Source: Gemmatimonadota bacterium (lineage in GTDB: Bacteria; Gemmatimonadota; Gemmatimonadetes; Longimicrobiales; Longimicrobiaceae). Taken from it: a stretch of DNA of 64,000 bases. The notes under the pieces were generated by a model. It did no database searches and was not told where the DNA came from. It saw only the letters and a program-made list of their open reading frames with translations. Below, in pieces: positions 33,273 through 43,049 of the stretch; position 1 is the first letter of the stretch, and the number at the start of each line of letters is the position of its first letter. Made by a program: the position numbers and the translations under genes. The stretch lies in NCBI GenBank assembly GCA_028287185.1, contig JAQBQD010000155.1, positions 33,609 through 97,608 on the forward strand, in the 5' to 3' direction.

Positions 33273-33650
33273 TCACGGTCGATGCGACTCGTCGACTGCC
33301 TCGGTTGCGAGATGGAACACCCGGCTGTCCGCGGGCGCCTCTGCGCGGCTGTGCATGCCGTAGTCGCGCACCACGCCGGCGATGCGCAGGCGGTAGTCGC
33401 GGAACAGCTCGCCGCGGCCCACGCGCTGCGCGTCCCGGTGCGCCTCCAGCCTGCGCCACTGCTCCACCGCCGCCTCGTCGCGCCAGAACGAGAGCGACAG
33501 CACCTTGGCGGGATCGGACAGGCTCTGGAAGCGTTCGATGGAGACGAATCCGTCGATGCCGTCCAGCAGCGGCCGCAGCTCGGCCGCAACGTCCAGGTAC
33601 GCCTGCAGGCAGCCGTCGCGCGGCTGCACCTCGAAGATCACGGCGATCAC
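33273..33650 (-). CDS. Antibiotic-biosynthesis-monooxygenase (ABM/Dabb) domain protein
   Basis: GTG start (cac 33648-33650), overlapping the P450 stop by 4 nt (GTGA); VIAVIFEVQPRDGCLQAYLDVAAELRPLLDGIDGFVSIERFQSLSDPAKVLSLSFWRDEAAVEQWR is an ABM ferredoxin-like fold signature. Confidence 0.6.
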   Translation of the reverse strand: MIAVIFEVQPRDGCLQAYLDVAAELRPLLDGIDGFVSIERFQSLSDPAKVLSLSFWRDEAAVEQWRRLEAHRDAQRVGRGELFRDYRLRIAGVVRDYGMHSRAEAPADSRVFHLATEAVDESHRP

Positions 33651-34843
33651 GGCATCTCCCGGTTCGTTCGATCGATCCCGTCCTCCGCGCACGCGAAGCG
33701 CGGGATCCGGGTGTTCCCGGACGGCTGGTACCCCCGGCCCGCCGCCAGCCGCCCGAGATCCACCCGCATGGCCATCATCTCGGCGATGGCCGCCACGACG
33801 ATCGTGCGCGCGATGCCGGTTCCGGGACACGCGTGGCGCCCGTGGCCGAAGCCGGACGTGCGGCGGGCGGGACGGCGGAGGCGGAACACGTGCGGATCGG
33901 CGTTCGCGCCCGGATCGCGGTTCGCGGCGGCGAGCAGGACCAGCACGGCCTCGCCCGCGCGCATCGCCTGGCCCGCCACGACGCCGTCCTCCGCCACCCA
34001 CCGCCGCGTGTTCTGCACCGGCGGATCGTGGCGCAACACCTCATCGACGAAATCCCCCAGCAAACCGGGATCGCGCTCCACTTCGCCGCGCATCGGTGGA
34101 TTCTCCGCCAGCGCGACGATCGCGTTGCCCAGCAGTCCCGCCGTGGCATCGTGCGTCTGGATGAGCAGCCCGACGGCGTTCGCGGCCGCCGTCTCCGGCT
34201 CCAGGCACCCGGCGGCTCGGAGGCTTCGGTCCAGTGCGCCGATCGGGGCGGACCGGCGCACGCCGCCGCGGGAGAACAGCGCCGTCAGGTGCGTGGCGGC
34301 ATCCGACCCGACCGCGACGAGATCCGCAGCCGCGCCCGGCGCCATCCCCCGGACCAGCTCTCCGGTTCTCCGCGCGACGTGGGGCAGGCATGCGTCCGGC
34401 ACACCGAGCAACCCCGCGACCACGTGGACGGGCAGCCGGAAACCGAGCGGAATGCCTTCCGCGCCCCACCAGCCGCCTTCCCGCCAGAGCGCACGCGTCC
34501 GCCTCCGCGCCTTGCGGTCGACCGCTGTGGAATCCATCGCCGCCGTCGCGGTCAGGACGCCGGCCTTCAGGGTGGCGTGGGTGGCGCCATCCGTCATCCG
34601 AGCCAGGCGCCGAAACACCTCGCCGGCGGATGTGCCTGCGAGGGCGGGCGGTACGGGCTCACCCGGCGGACGCACGCGGCAGAGCGGGGAATCGAGCACG
34701 GCCTGCACAGCTTCCGCAGACGCCGCGACCCAGCAGCGCATCCCGGCGTTCCACGCGAGCGGCTGCGTCCGCGCCAGGCGCTCGTAGTAGGCGTACGGGT
34801 CCGGGTGCGTGACGGCGGCGATGGGATCGAGCGGTTCGGTCAT
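33647..34843 (-). CDS. Cytochrome P450 monooxygenase
   Basis: ATG at 34841-34843 (MTEPLDPIAAVTHPDPYAYYERLAR...); heme-binding loop FGHGRHACPG and ExxR (EVLRHD); 398 aa; forms the 3' part of the artefactual 2263-aa six-frame ORF. Confidence 0.85.
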   Translation of the reverse strand: MTEPLDPIAAVTHPDPYAYYERLARTQPLAWNAGMRCWVAASAEAVQAVLDSPLCRVRPPGEPVPPALAGTSAGEVFRRLARMTDGATHATLKAGVLTATAAMDSTAVDRKARRRTRALWREGGWWGAEGIPLGFRLPVHVVAGLLGVPDACLPHVARRTGELVRGMAPGAAADLVAVGSDAATHLTALFSRGGVRRSAPIGALDRSLRAAGCLEPETAAANAVGLLIQTHDATAGLLGNAIVALAENPPMRGEVERDPGLLGDFVDEVLRHDPPVQNTRRWVAEDGVVAGQAMRAGEAVLVLLAAANRDPGANADPHVFRLRRPARRTSGFGHGRHACPGTGIARTIVVAAIAEMMAMRVDLGRLAAGRGYQPSGNTRIPRFACAEDGIDRTNREMP

Positions 34844-35170
34844 TCGGCTTGCGACGCGTGCGGGAGGAGGACCATCGAGCCATGCAGGGGCTGATCGGCA
34901 CCACGAATATCCATCGACGGTCATCCAAAGCCCAGCCAAATCGTTTTGCTCCGGAGCAAACGATCGGGTCGGACGCGCATCTCGGTTTGTTCGCGATCCA
35001 TCGACCGATACGCCGTCAACACGTTGTCTCGATGATGGATAGCGTTCATCCGCGCCGCCGATCTTCGTGTTCGAGGCGGACTCACGGGTGACGGGAGGCG
35101 TGCTGGCGACGGCTTGCATCCGCGGGCGGCGCGCGGCGATCATGCTGGGGACGAATTTTCCCCGCACAGG

Positions 35171-35884
35171 ATGCGTTCGATGACGATGGAAGGACCCGAT
35201 CTCTCCAGCCTGGCGCGCACCATCGGCGAGCCCAGCCGCGCGCGGATGCTGACGCTGCTGATGCAGGGCCGCGCGCTGACGGCCAAGGAGCTGGCGTACG
35301 GCGTGGGGATCGACCCGGCGACGGGCACCGCGCACCTGCGCCGGCTGCACGCCGAAGGCCTGCTGACCATGGTGGCGCAGGGCCGGCACAAGTACTTCCG
35401 CCTGGCGGGCGCCGAGGTGGCCGCGCTGGTGGAGTCGATGATGGTGGCCAGCGCCGCCCACGCCGCCGCGCCCATGCGCGACGAACCCATCCGCCACGCG
35501 CGCTTCTGCTACGACCACCTGGCCGGCCGCCTGGGCACGGGCCTGCTGAACGCCTTCGTGGAGCGCGGAATCCTGGCGCGGGATGACGGGAGCTTCGCCG
35601 TTACGGCGGACGGGGAGGCGTGGTTCACCGCGTTCGGGGTGGACGTGGACGCGCTCCGCCGCGGCCGGCGTCGGTTCGCGGCCCCGTGCCTGGACTGGAG
35701 CGAGCGCACCGACCACCTGGCCGGCGCGCTCGGGGCCGCCATTGCGGAGCGGATGGTGGCGGCGGGGTGGATCGACCGCGTGCGCCGCTCGCGCGCGGTG
35801 ACGGTCACGGAACTCGGGCGCCACGAGCTGTCCCGGCAGCTCGGCCTCTCGCATACGTCGGAGCCGCGCGCCGCCGCCGGGTGA
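35171..35884 (+). CDS. ArsR/SmtB-family winged-helix transcriptional regulator with C-terminal extension
   Basis: HTH region ARMLTLLMQGRALTAKELAYGVGIDPATGTAHLRRLHAEGLL; divergent from the P450/ABM operon across a roughly 330-bp spacer; start ATG 35171 (alternatives 35180, 35186). Confidence 0.6.
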   Translation: MRSMTMEGPDLSSLARTIGEPSRARMLTLLMQGRALTAKELAYGVGIDPATGTAHLRRLHAEGLLTMVAQGRHKYFRLAGAEVAALVESMMVASAAHAAAPMRDEPIRHARFCYDHLAGRLGTGLLNAFVERGILARDDGSFAVTADGEAWFTAFGVDVDALRRGRRRFAAPCLDWSERTDHLAGALGAAIAERMVAAGWIDRVRRSRAVTVTELGRHELSRQLGLSHTSEPRAAAG

Positions 35885-36069
35885 TCCGACCTGCACCACA
35901 GGCCGGCCGGACCCTGGAGCGCCCACGGCAAGGACGCGGCGGAACCAAGCAGCGGACGAAGCGGACCGGGAGACGTTCTCACGGCCCGCTTCGCCGTCCA
36001 TCCGCCCACCGGTCCGGATCGTCCCGCGTCCGGCCTTCCTTCGAGACCGTCGGAGGAGCTGCGCCGTGC

Positions 36070-38094
36070 CTATCTCGCCGCCGCCCGCTCGCCGAGGTGG
36101 CCGTCGAACCAGCCCAGCACGCGCCGCAGGTAGTCCAGGTGGTGGCTGGGGGTGAAGTTGATGGAATGGCCCTCGCCGGGATAGCGCACCATCTGCGTCT
36201 CCACGCCCAGCCTGCGCAGCGCCACGTACATCTCCTCGCCCTGGGTGATGGGCACGTCGTTGTCCGCCTCGCCGTTCAGGAACAGCACGGGCGTGCGCAC
36301 GTTGCTCACGTGCGCCAGCGGCGACCACTGCCAGAGCAGGGGCCAGTTGTCGAAGGGCGCGCCGCCGAACTCCGTCTCCACCAGGTCCGAGTACAGCGAC
36401 GTGCCGTAGAACGACACCAGGTTGCTCACGCTGGCGCCGGCCACCGCGGCGCGGAAGCGGAGCGTGCGGGTGACGATCCAGTTGGTCATGAAGCCGCCGT
36501 AGCTGTGCCCCACGACGCCCATGCGCGTGGAGTCGATCCACGGATTGCGCTCCAGCGCCGCGTCCACGCCGGCCATGAGGTCGGCGTAGTCGCCGCCGCC
36601 CCAGTTGAGCACCGTGCCGTCGCCGAACGCCTGGCCGTATCCCGTGCTGCCGCGCGGGTTCAGGAACAGCACGGCGTACCCGCGCGCCGCCAGCAGCGCA
36701 TTGGCTTCGTTGAAGGCGTAGCCGTACATACCGTGCGGCCCGCCGTGCACGTACAGCACCAGGGGATACCGCCGGCCCGGCTGCCAGCCGGCGGGCTTCA
36801 TCAGCCATCCCTGCACCGGCGTGCCGTCCGCCGAGCGCACCCACAGCGAGTCGGCCGCGGGAAGGTCGACGCGGGCCACAAGCGCGTCCTGCTCGTGGCT
36901 CACCTGCCGCGCCGCGCTTCCGTCCGCGCGCGCCGTCCACACCTCGGTGGGATGCGCAAAGTCGCCGCGCAGGAAGGCGAGCGTGGCGCCCGACGCGTCG
37001 CGCGCCACCGACCGCGCCTGGAAGGCGCCCTGCACCACGGCGGAGACGGCGCCGGTGCGCGGATCGGCGCGGTAGATGGGGGTGGCGCCGCGGTCGGCGG
37101 CCACGAACAGCAGCGTTCCGCGCGGCTCCCACAGCAGCTCGCTCACGCGCCGGTCCAGCGCCCGCGCCAGCACGCGCGCCGGGCCGCCGGCGGCGGGCAC
37201 CACGGTGAGGTACGTGTCCTCGGGCGAGCTGTCCTTGGTGTTCACGGCGCGCACGTTGCCCAGGTACGCGATGCTGCCGCCGTCCGGCGACCACGCGGGC
37301 TGGAACTCGGGCCCCACGGTCTCCGTGAGCCGCGTCTCGGCGCCCGACTCCACGTCCACCGTCCACAGGTCGTCGCCGTAGTTGGCGTCGGGGTCGGCGG
37401 AGCGATTGCTGATGAAGGCCAGCCGCCGCCCGTCCGGCGACCAGGCCAGCGAGTGCTCGTCCCACCGGCCGTGCGTGACCTGGCGCGCCGGGCCACCGGC
37501 GGCCGAGACGACGTACAGGTGCGTCAGCCGGTTGTCGCTCAGGCCCGTGCGCGTCTTGTACATCGACCGGCTCACCACGCGCGGCGCGTTGGCATCCGTG
37601 GAAACGACAGGGTCCGCCGAGGTGAAGGCGATGCGGCTGCCGTCGGGCGACCACGCGAAGCCCTTCACGGCGCGGTGGCCCAGGAAGTGTTCGGTCGAGA
37701 GCACCCGCGCCACGAAGCGCGCGCTGTCCGCCGCCACGTCCCACGCCCAGATGCCCGCCCGCTCCCCGCGCCCGCCCATGAACGCGATCGTGCGCCCGTC
37801 CGGCGACCAGCGCGGCATGCTTCCCTTCGCCAGGTGCCGCGCGGCGCCACCGGCCGCGGGCACCAGCACCACGTCGGTGCGCGCGGTGTCCGCCGCGTAG
37901 TCCGTGGCGGTGGACGTGTAGGCGATCCAGCGCCCGTCCGGAGAGAGCTGCGGGTCGCCCACGCCGCGCACCAGCGACAGGTCGTCCAGCGTGATCGGGT
38001 GGCGCTGGGCCGGCAGCGCCGCCGGGGCGAGCAGCGCGAACGTCACCGCGGCCAAGTACGCGGCGCGCGAAGCAGAACGTCGGATATGGATCAT
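36070..38094 (-). CDS. S9-family serine peptidase (beta-propeller + prolyl-oligopeptidase/acylaminoacyl-peptidase catalytic domain), secreted
   Basis: ATG at 38092-38094, signal peptide MIHIRRSASRAAYLAAVTFALLAPAALPAQ; WSPDG repeats; catalytic GHSYGG serine motif. Confidence 0.85.
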   Translation of the reverse strand: MIHIRRSASRAAYLAAVTFALLAPAALPAQRHPITLDDLSLVRGVGDPQLSPDGRWIAYTSTATDYAADTARTDVVLVPAAGGAARHLAKGSMPRWSPDGRTIAFMGGRGERAGIWAWDVAADSARFVARVLSTEHFLGHRAVKGFAWSPDGSRIAFTSADPVVSTDANAPRVVSRSMYKTRTGLSDNRLTHLYVVSAAGGPARQVTHGRWDEHSLAWSPDGRRLAFISNRSADPDANYGDDLWTVDVESGAETRLTETVGPEFQPAWSPDGGSIAYLGNVRAVNTKDSSPEDTYLTVVPAAGGPARVLARALDRRVSELLWEPRGTLLFVAADRGATPIYRADPRTGAVSAVVQGAFQARSVARDASGATLAFLRGDFAHPTEVWTARADGSAARQVSHEQDALVARVDLPAADSLWVRSADGTPVQGWLMKPAGWQPGRRYPLVLYVHGGPHGMYGYAFNEANALLAARGYAVLFLNPRGSTGYGQAFGDGTVLNWGGGDYADLMAGVDAALERNPWIDSTRMGVVGHSYGGFMTNWIVTRTLRFRAAVAGASVSNLVSFYGTSLYSDLVETEFGGAPFDNWPLLWQWSPLAHVSNVRTPVLFLNGEADNDVPITQGEEMYVALRRLGVETQMVRYPGEGHSINFTPSHHLDYLRRVLGWFDGHLGERAAAR

Positions 38095-38590
38095 CGACAG
38101 ATCGGGTCTGGGGATGGGACGGCGGCGGCGGCACGGACGCGCGGCCCGACGCGGAACGGAATTCGGTGGATGGTGGGAGATACGGCCGCGCCGCACCGCC
38201 GGTCAAGCCCGCGCCCGCGCACGAAGCCGATCGATCGTTTTCCGAACCGCACCGCCGGCGCACGACTCCGTTCGTCGTCGACCGAGATGCTGACACGGAC
38301 AGGCCTCTCGCGTCCCGGGGGATGAACCGCCGGCTGGAACCATGATCGGCCCCTCCGCCCATGCCGCCCGTCCGGAGGACGGTCGTCGTTCGATCCAGGA
38401 GCTTCATGCCCCTGGAATGCCGGTGGACGTCCGCACGCATCCACAGGTCCGATCGAGCCGCCATCGTCCGATTCGTCGACGCGGGGACACGCTTGCCGAC
38501 GGGCAGGCCCCGTCGTAACATCCGCCAGGCGTTTCCTTCGACGCCGGGCGCTCCCCGCGCGCGATCCCCGTCCAGCGAGATCATCATCCG

Positions 38591-40180
38591 ATGACCTTCC
38601 AACGCACCTCTCGCCGCCCGCTGCTTCGAATCGCCGCCGCGGCCGGCGCGCTGCTGGCCCTCGCGGCGCCGCTCGCCGCGCAGGACCCCGGCTTCAAGCC
38701 CGACGTCGCGGTCATCCAGCTCAACGACGTCTACCGCATCGACGCGGTGGCAAACGGGGCCGCGGGCGGGCTGGGGCGCGTGTCCACGCTGGTGGACCGG
38801 GCGCGAAGCGACGCGGGCGGGGCGCCGGTGGTGCTGGTGCACTCGGGCGACTTCATCGCGCCGTCGCTGGAAAGCCGCTACTTCGGCGGCCTGCAGATGA
38901 TCGCCGCGATGAACTTCCTGGCCACGCGGGCGCCCCTCATCGCCATCCCCGGCAACCACGAGTTCGACGAGAAGGCGCCCGGCATGCTGGCCGGCGCCCT
39001 CAGCGCGTCGCACTTCCCGTGGCTGGCCGGCAACGTGGCCGTCCACACCGGCGACGCGGCGGCGGACGCGCGGATGGGGCGCGACACGGTGGTGACCTGG
39101 GGCGGCATGAAGGTGGGCATCTTCACCGTCACCTTCCTGGACTCGCCGCGGGACTATGCCACGGTGGACGCGGACCACGTGGCCAGCGCCGAGCGCCAGA
39201 TCCGCGAGCTGGAGGCGCGCGGCGTGGACGCCGTGATCGGCATCACGCACCTGGAGATCGCCGAGGACCGGCGCATCGCCCGGCTGCGGCGCGCGCACCC
39301 CAGGCTGCTGTGGATCGCCGGCGGGCACGAGCACTTCCTGGAGCGCGAGGAGCTGACGGACACCACGGCGCTCATCACCAAGGGCGACTCCAACGCGCGG
39401 CGCGTGTGGGAGGTGTTCATGGCCCGCGGACCCTCGGGCCCGCGCATCTTCGCGCGCCCGGTGGTGATGGACGCAAGCGTGGCGGTGGACCCCGCGTACG
39501 AGCACCAGGTGCGCGACGTCTGGTCTGCCCGCCTGCGCGAGAAGCTGCCGTTCGTGGACGCCCGAATCGGCACCGCGTCGCAGCCGCTGGACGGGCGCGA
39601 GGAGACGGTGCGCGACGCCGAGAGCAACTGGGGAAGCTGGCTGGCCGACCAGATGCGCGGCGCCTTTCCCGACCTGCGCGCCGACGTGGCCGTGCTGAAC
39701 GGCGGCGCCATCCGCATCGACGACGTGTTCAGCGGGTCCATCCGCTGGGAGCACCTGGCGCGCACCTTCGGCTTTCCCACGCGCGTGGGCCTGGTGTGGC
39801 TGCGAGGGCGCGACCTGCGGCAGACGGTTCTGGAGCAGGGCGTCTCGGGCGGGCGCGGCGAGGGGCGCTTCCTCCAGGTCTCGGGCCTCCGGTTCCGCTT
39901 CGACCGCGCCCGGCCGGTGGGCCAGCGCGTGCTGGACGTGCAGGTGCCCGCGGGCACGGGCTGGGCGACGCTGGACGACGACCGCGTCTACATCGTCGCC
40001 GTGCCCGACTACATGTACGCAGGGGGCGACGGCTACAGCTTCAAGCTCCGCGCGATCCAGTCCGTCGCGCCCGGTCCCGACCTCAAGTACCTGGCGTTCG
40101 ACGCCCTCACCGCCGCCTACGCCCGCGGCGAGGCCATCGCCCCGGTGGTGGAAGGGCGCGTCGTGGAGGTGAAGCACTGA
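38591..40180 (+). CDS. Bifunctional metallophosphatase/5'-nucleotidase (UshA-like), secreted
   Basis: Signal peptide MTFQRTSRRPLLRIAAAAGALLALAAPLAAQ; calcineurin-like motifs GDFIAP, GNHEFD, GGHEH. Confidence 0.85.
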   Translation: MTFQRTSRRPLLRIAAAAGALLALAAPLAAQDPGFKPDVAVIQLNDVYRIDAVANGAAGGLGRVSTLVDRARSDAGGAPVVLVHSGDFIAPSLESRYFGGLQMIAAMNFLATRAPLIAIPGNHEFDEKAPGMLAGALSASHFPWLAGNVAVHTGDAAADARMGRDTVVTWGGMKVGIFTVTFLDSPRDYATVDADHVASAERQIRELEARGVDAVIGITHLEIAEDRRIARLRRAHPRLLWIAGGHEHFLEREELTDTTALITKGDSNARRVWEVFMARGPSGPRIFARPVVMDASVAVDPAYEHQVRDVWSARLREKLPFVDARIGTASQPLDGREETVRDAESNWGSWLADQMRGAFPDLRADVAVLNGGAIRIDDVFSGSIRWEHLARTFGFPTRVGLVWLRGRDLRQTVLEQGVSGGRGEGRFLQVSGLRFRFDRARPVGQRVLDVQVPAGTGWATLDDDRVYIVAVPDYMYAGGDGYSFKLRAIQSVAPGPDLKYLAFDALTAAYARGEAIAPVVEGRVVEVKH

Positions 40181-40380
40181 GCCGGCACCCGGGCTGAAGG
40201 ACGGCATACGACGTGGCAAACGGGACCGGATGCGGCATGCTGCATCCGGTCCTGCGTCGTTTCGGCGGTGGATACGTATTCGCGGAAGACGGTCATACAC
40301 GTAGCCTTCAGGGCGTGAACGCGTCCGGACGATCCACCACCGGCCGCGGCGTTCCGTCCACCCGTTCCGCCGCCCTTTCC

Positions 40381-41322
40381 ATGCGCCGCCTTCTCCCACT
40401 CCTCGCCGTGCTCCCGCTGCTTCCCTTCGCCGCGCCACCGTGGGCGAACGCGCAGGAGCTCATCCGCGACACACGCATCCGCGTGACGGCGCCGGGGCTC
40501 GCGCCGCAGCGCCAGGTCGGCCGCTTCGTCGGCATGCGGGGCGACACGCTGCTCGCCATGCTGGGCACCGACTCCACCGTCATGGCGCTGCCCACCGCCT
40601 CGCTGGCGCGGGTGGAGGCCAGCCGCGGGTCGCCGGCCCGGCGCGGGCGCGGTGCGCTGGTGGGCGCGGGCATCGGCGGCGCGGTGGCGTTCCTGACGGT
40701 CTACGCCATCGCCTCGCGGCCCGGCGCGGGCGAGGAGGACTATGCGAGCATCTTCGCGGTCCTGTTCGTGACGCCCGTCACCGTGGGCGGAGGCGCGATC
40801 ATCGGGGCCCTCTCCGCGCCGCGCCGCGAGCAGTGGAGCGTGGTGCGCGTCGCCGGCGTGGGCCTGGTGCCCGGCGCGCGCGTCCGCGTCTGGGCCGTGT
40901 CGCCGCGCCTGTACAGGGCGGACGCGACGCTGCAGCAGGTGCGGGGCGACACGCTCGTCCTGCGCGTCGGCGGCGGTCTCGTCACCGTGCCTGCCGACGC
41001 GGTCACGAGGCTGGACGTGCGGCAGGGCGGGGCGTCGTGGGGCCAGGGCGCCCGCCACGGCGCGGTGCGGGGGCTGCTGGTGGGTGGCGTGCTGGGCGCG
41101 GCAGGCGGCGCCGTCGTCTTCCCCGGCGACGACGCCTACGTCCGGTCCACGCTGGTGGGCCAGGGAATCATGATCGGGGTCGGCCTGGGCGCGACGCTCG
41201 GAGCGGTGGTGGGCGCCGTGCACCCGGGCGACGCATGGACGCCGTCGCGAACGCCCGTGCGCGTCACCGTCGGCCGCACCGTGGACGGAGGCACGAAGCT
41301 GGGCGCCAGCATCCGATTCTGA
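40381..41322 (+). CDS. Secreted glycine-zipper protein with internal duplication (paralog of 29300-29839)
   Basis: ATG at 40381, signal MRRLLPLLAVLPLLPFAAPPWANA; two copies of an RVrV..PG..GDTLvL..V.VPa.AVtRL module plus Gly-zippers (GAGIGGAVAF, GVLGAAGGAVV, GVGLGATLGAVVGAV). Confidence 0.5.
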   Translation: MRRLLPLLAVLPLLPFAAPPWANAQELIRDTRIRVTAPGLAPQRQVGRFVGMRGDTLLAMLGTDSTVMALPTASLARVEASRGSPARRGRGALVGAGIGGAVAFLTVYAIASRPGAGEEDYASIFAVLFVTPVTVGGGAIIGALSAPRREQWSVVRVAGVGLVPGARVRVWAVSPRLYRADATLQQVRGDTLVLRVGGGLVTVPADAVTRLDVRQGGASWGQGARHGAVRGLLVGGVLGAAGGAVVFPGDDAYVRSTLVGQGIMIGVGLGATLGAVVGAVHPGDAWTPSRTPVRVTVGRTVDGGTKLGASIRF

Positions 41323-41762
41323 GGCTCGCGCCGACCGGTGGGCGGGGGAAGCAGCCGGTCGATGGGAAGCCTCTTCGGAAGCCCGTACTTCCGAATAGCA
41401 CCGTCTGGACGATGGATGCTGCCGGATCGACTCCGCTTCCTTGGATGATGGAGCAATCCGCCGCGTGCCGCACTTGGCCTTGTCAGGCGGGTGCTTGCGG
41501 CAGTGCTCGGGCGTGGGCAGCGGCGCGAAGTCGCGGAACCGCACGATGCGCCAGCCTCTTGCCGCGGTACGGGTGCGACGCCAGGCAGCCCGCCGGCAGC
41601 GCGGGAACGAGGCGCGTCCTCGGCAGCGCCATCCCGCTGTGAATCCCCGCCCGCCCAATCCGTCCCGCGCCCGTCACCTCCGAATCTCCACGCGCATCCC
41701 TCGAGTACCGGGGTTCACGGATCGAGTGGACCGATCTCGCCTCGCCTGATCGGACGCAGCCT

Positions 41763-42833
41763 TTACGCGTATCGACAGATGAGCAGCACGGCCAGCGCGA
41801 ATCCGCAGACGGTGGCGATACCCAGCCCGGTATCCAGCCGCTCCGCGCGGCGCTCCCCAAGGCGGTCGCCCAGGCGGAACACGGCCACGGAGGCGAGGAT
41901 CGAGAGGAAGACCACCGCCATCGCCAGCACGTGCAGCTTGTCCGTGAGGGTGAACTCGCCCGTCTCGGGCAGGCTGCCGGCCGCGACCACGTACGACGAC
42001 ACCACGCCGAACACGCTCGCCAGCCCCAGCCCCAGCCGCGCATCCACCTGCCTCGCGGAGAGCAGGGTGGCGAGAAAGCCGACGCCGACGGAGATGAACA
42101 TCACCAGGAAGGTCTTCAGGAAGATTCCGGCGCCGGGACGGCGAAGCGGGATGCCCAGCTCGAAGTGCGAGTACACCTCGTCCGCCGCGCCGGCCTCCTC
42201 GCTGCCCAGCGGCGGGTACGTGTGGCGTGTGGCGTCCACGCGCGCTGGGTCCAGGATCCAGCCCGGCAGCCGCACCCGGGGGTCCATCAGCGCCCAGCGG
42301 CGGTCGGGCACGTACGTCAGCTCGCGCACCGTGTGCTGTCCGTCCTCCACCATCACCCGCAGCACGTGCGCGTCCAGCGGATAGCGGCGCTGGTCCAGCG
42401 GCTCGTGGAAGCGGTACTGGCACCGGTAGGTGACGGACCTTCCCTTCGGTCCCGTGGACTCCGCCTCCTTGTCCTGCTGCTCGCGCGTGCCGTTCAGGAT
42501 GCTGAACCCGGTGGGGTCCACATCTCCCGTCCACTCGAACCACAGGTCGAAGTCCACGAAGTACGTGCCCGCCTTCAGGTTCACGTCGTACACGTCGCGC
42601 ACGTAGATCCCCACCCGCACCGGCTCCGGCCCGGCTTTCTCCGCCGCGGAAGGCGTCGCCGTCGAAGCCGACTCGCCGCGCCGCTCGACCCGTGCGCTGC
42701 GATCAGATCTCGAAGCAGTCGACGAGGTCTGCACGTCCGCCGGCGCTTGACCACCGAGAGGGGCCGGATGGACGACGAGAAGGAGGGCGGCGGCGAGCGG
42801 AAAGGCGGAACGACGGGCGGCGGAACGGAGCAT
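41763..42833 (-). CDS. Pentameric ligand-gated ion channel (pLGIC/Cys-loop-receptor-like) homolog
   Basis: ATG at 42831-42833; signal peptide MLRSAARRSAFPLAAALLLVVHPAPLGG; about 220-aa extracellular domain with an RYPLDAHVLRVMVEDG loop resembling the F/YPxD Cys-loop core; pre-M1 IPLRRPGAGIF then 4 C-terminal TM helices. Confidence 0.55.
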   Translation of the reverse strand: MLRSAARRSAFPLAAALLLVVHPAPLGGQAPADVQTSSTASRSDRSARVERRGESASTATPSAAEKAGPEPVRVGIYVRDVYDVNLKAGTYFVDFDLWFEWTGDVDPTGFSILNGTREQQDKEAESTGPKGRSVTYRCQYRFHEPLDQRRYPLDAHVLRVMVEDGQHTVRELTYVPDRRWALMDPRVRLPGWILDPARVDATRHTYPPLGSEEAGAADEVYSHFELGIPLRRPGAGIFLKTFLVMFISVGVGFLATLLSARQVDARLGLGLASVFGVVSSYVVAAGSLPETGEFTLTDKLHVLAMAVVFLSILASVAVFRLGDRLGERRAERLDTGLGIATVCGFALAVLLICRYA

Positions 42834-43049
42834 CGGGTCCGTGCGTCGGATGGGATCCGCGTTGGCCTGCGGGGACTGGATCGATCGGAAAGTACCGGTG
42901 GGACCGATGCTGCCCCGGCGATCGGCTGATGATGCCCGACGGCGCCGGACGCCGCCTCGCGCCAACGCCACGCACGATACGCAATGCGGACGATGGGCGC
43001 GAGAGCGGCGTGCTTCGACGGTGGGGCTTGAGTGGATGCGGCGCGCCGG

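Noticed and set aside
33647-40438. 2263-aa six-frame ORF on the minus strand
   Set aside because: It is a composite. Only its 3' end (33647-34843) is a real gene (the P450). The remainder is stop-free antisense of the S9 peptidase (36070-38094, which itself reads as a clean minus-strand gene in another frame) and of the plus-strand 5'-nucleotidase and ArsR genes. This is a typical high-GC artefact.
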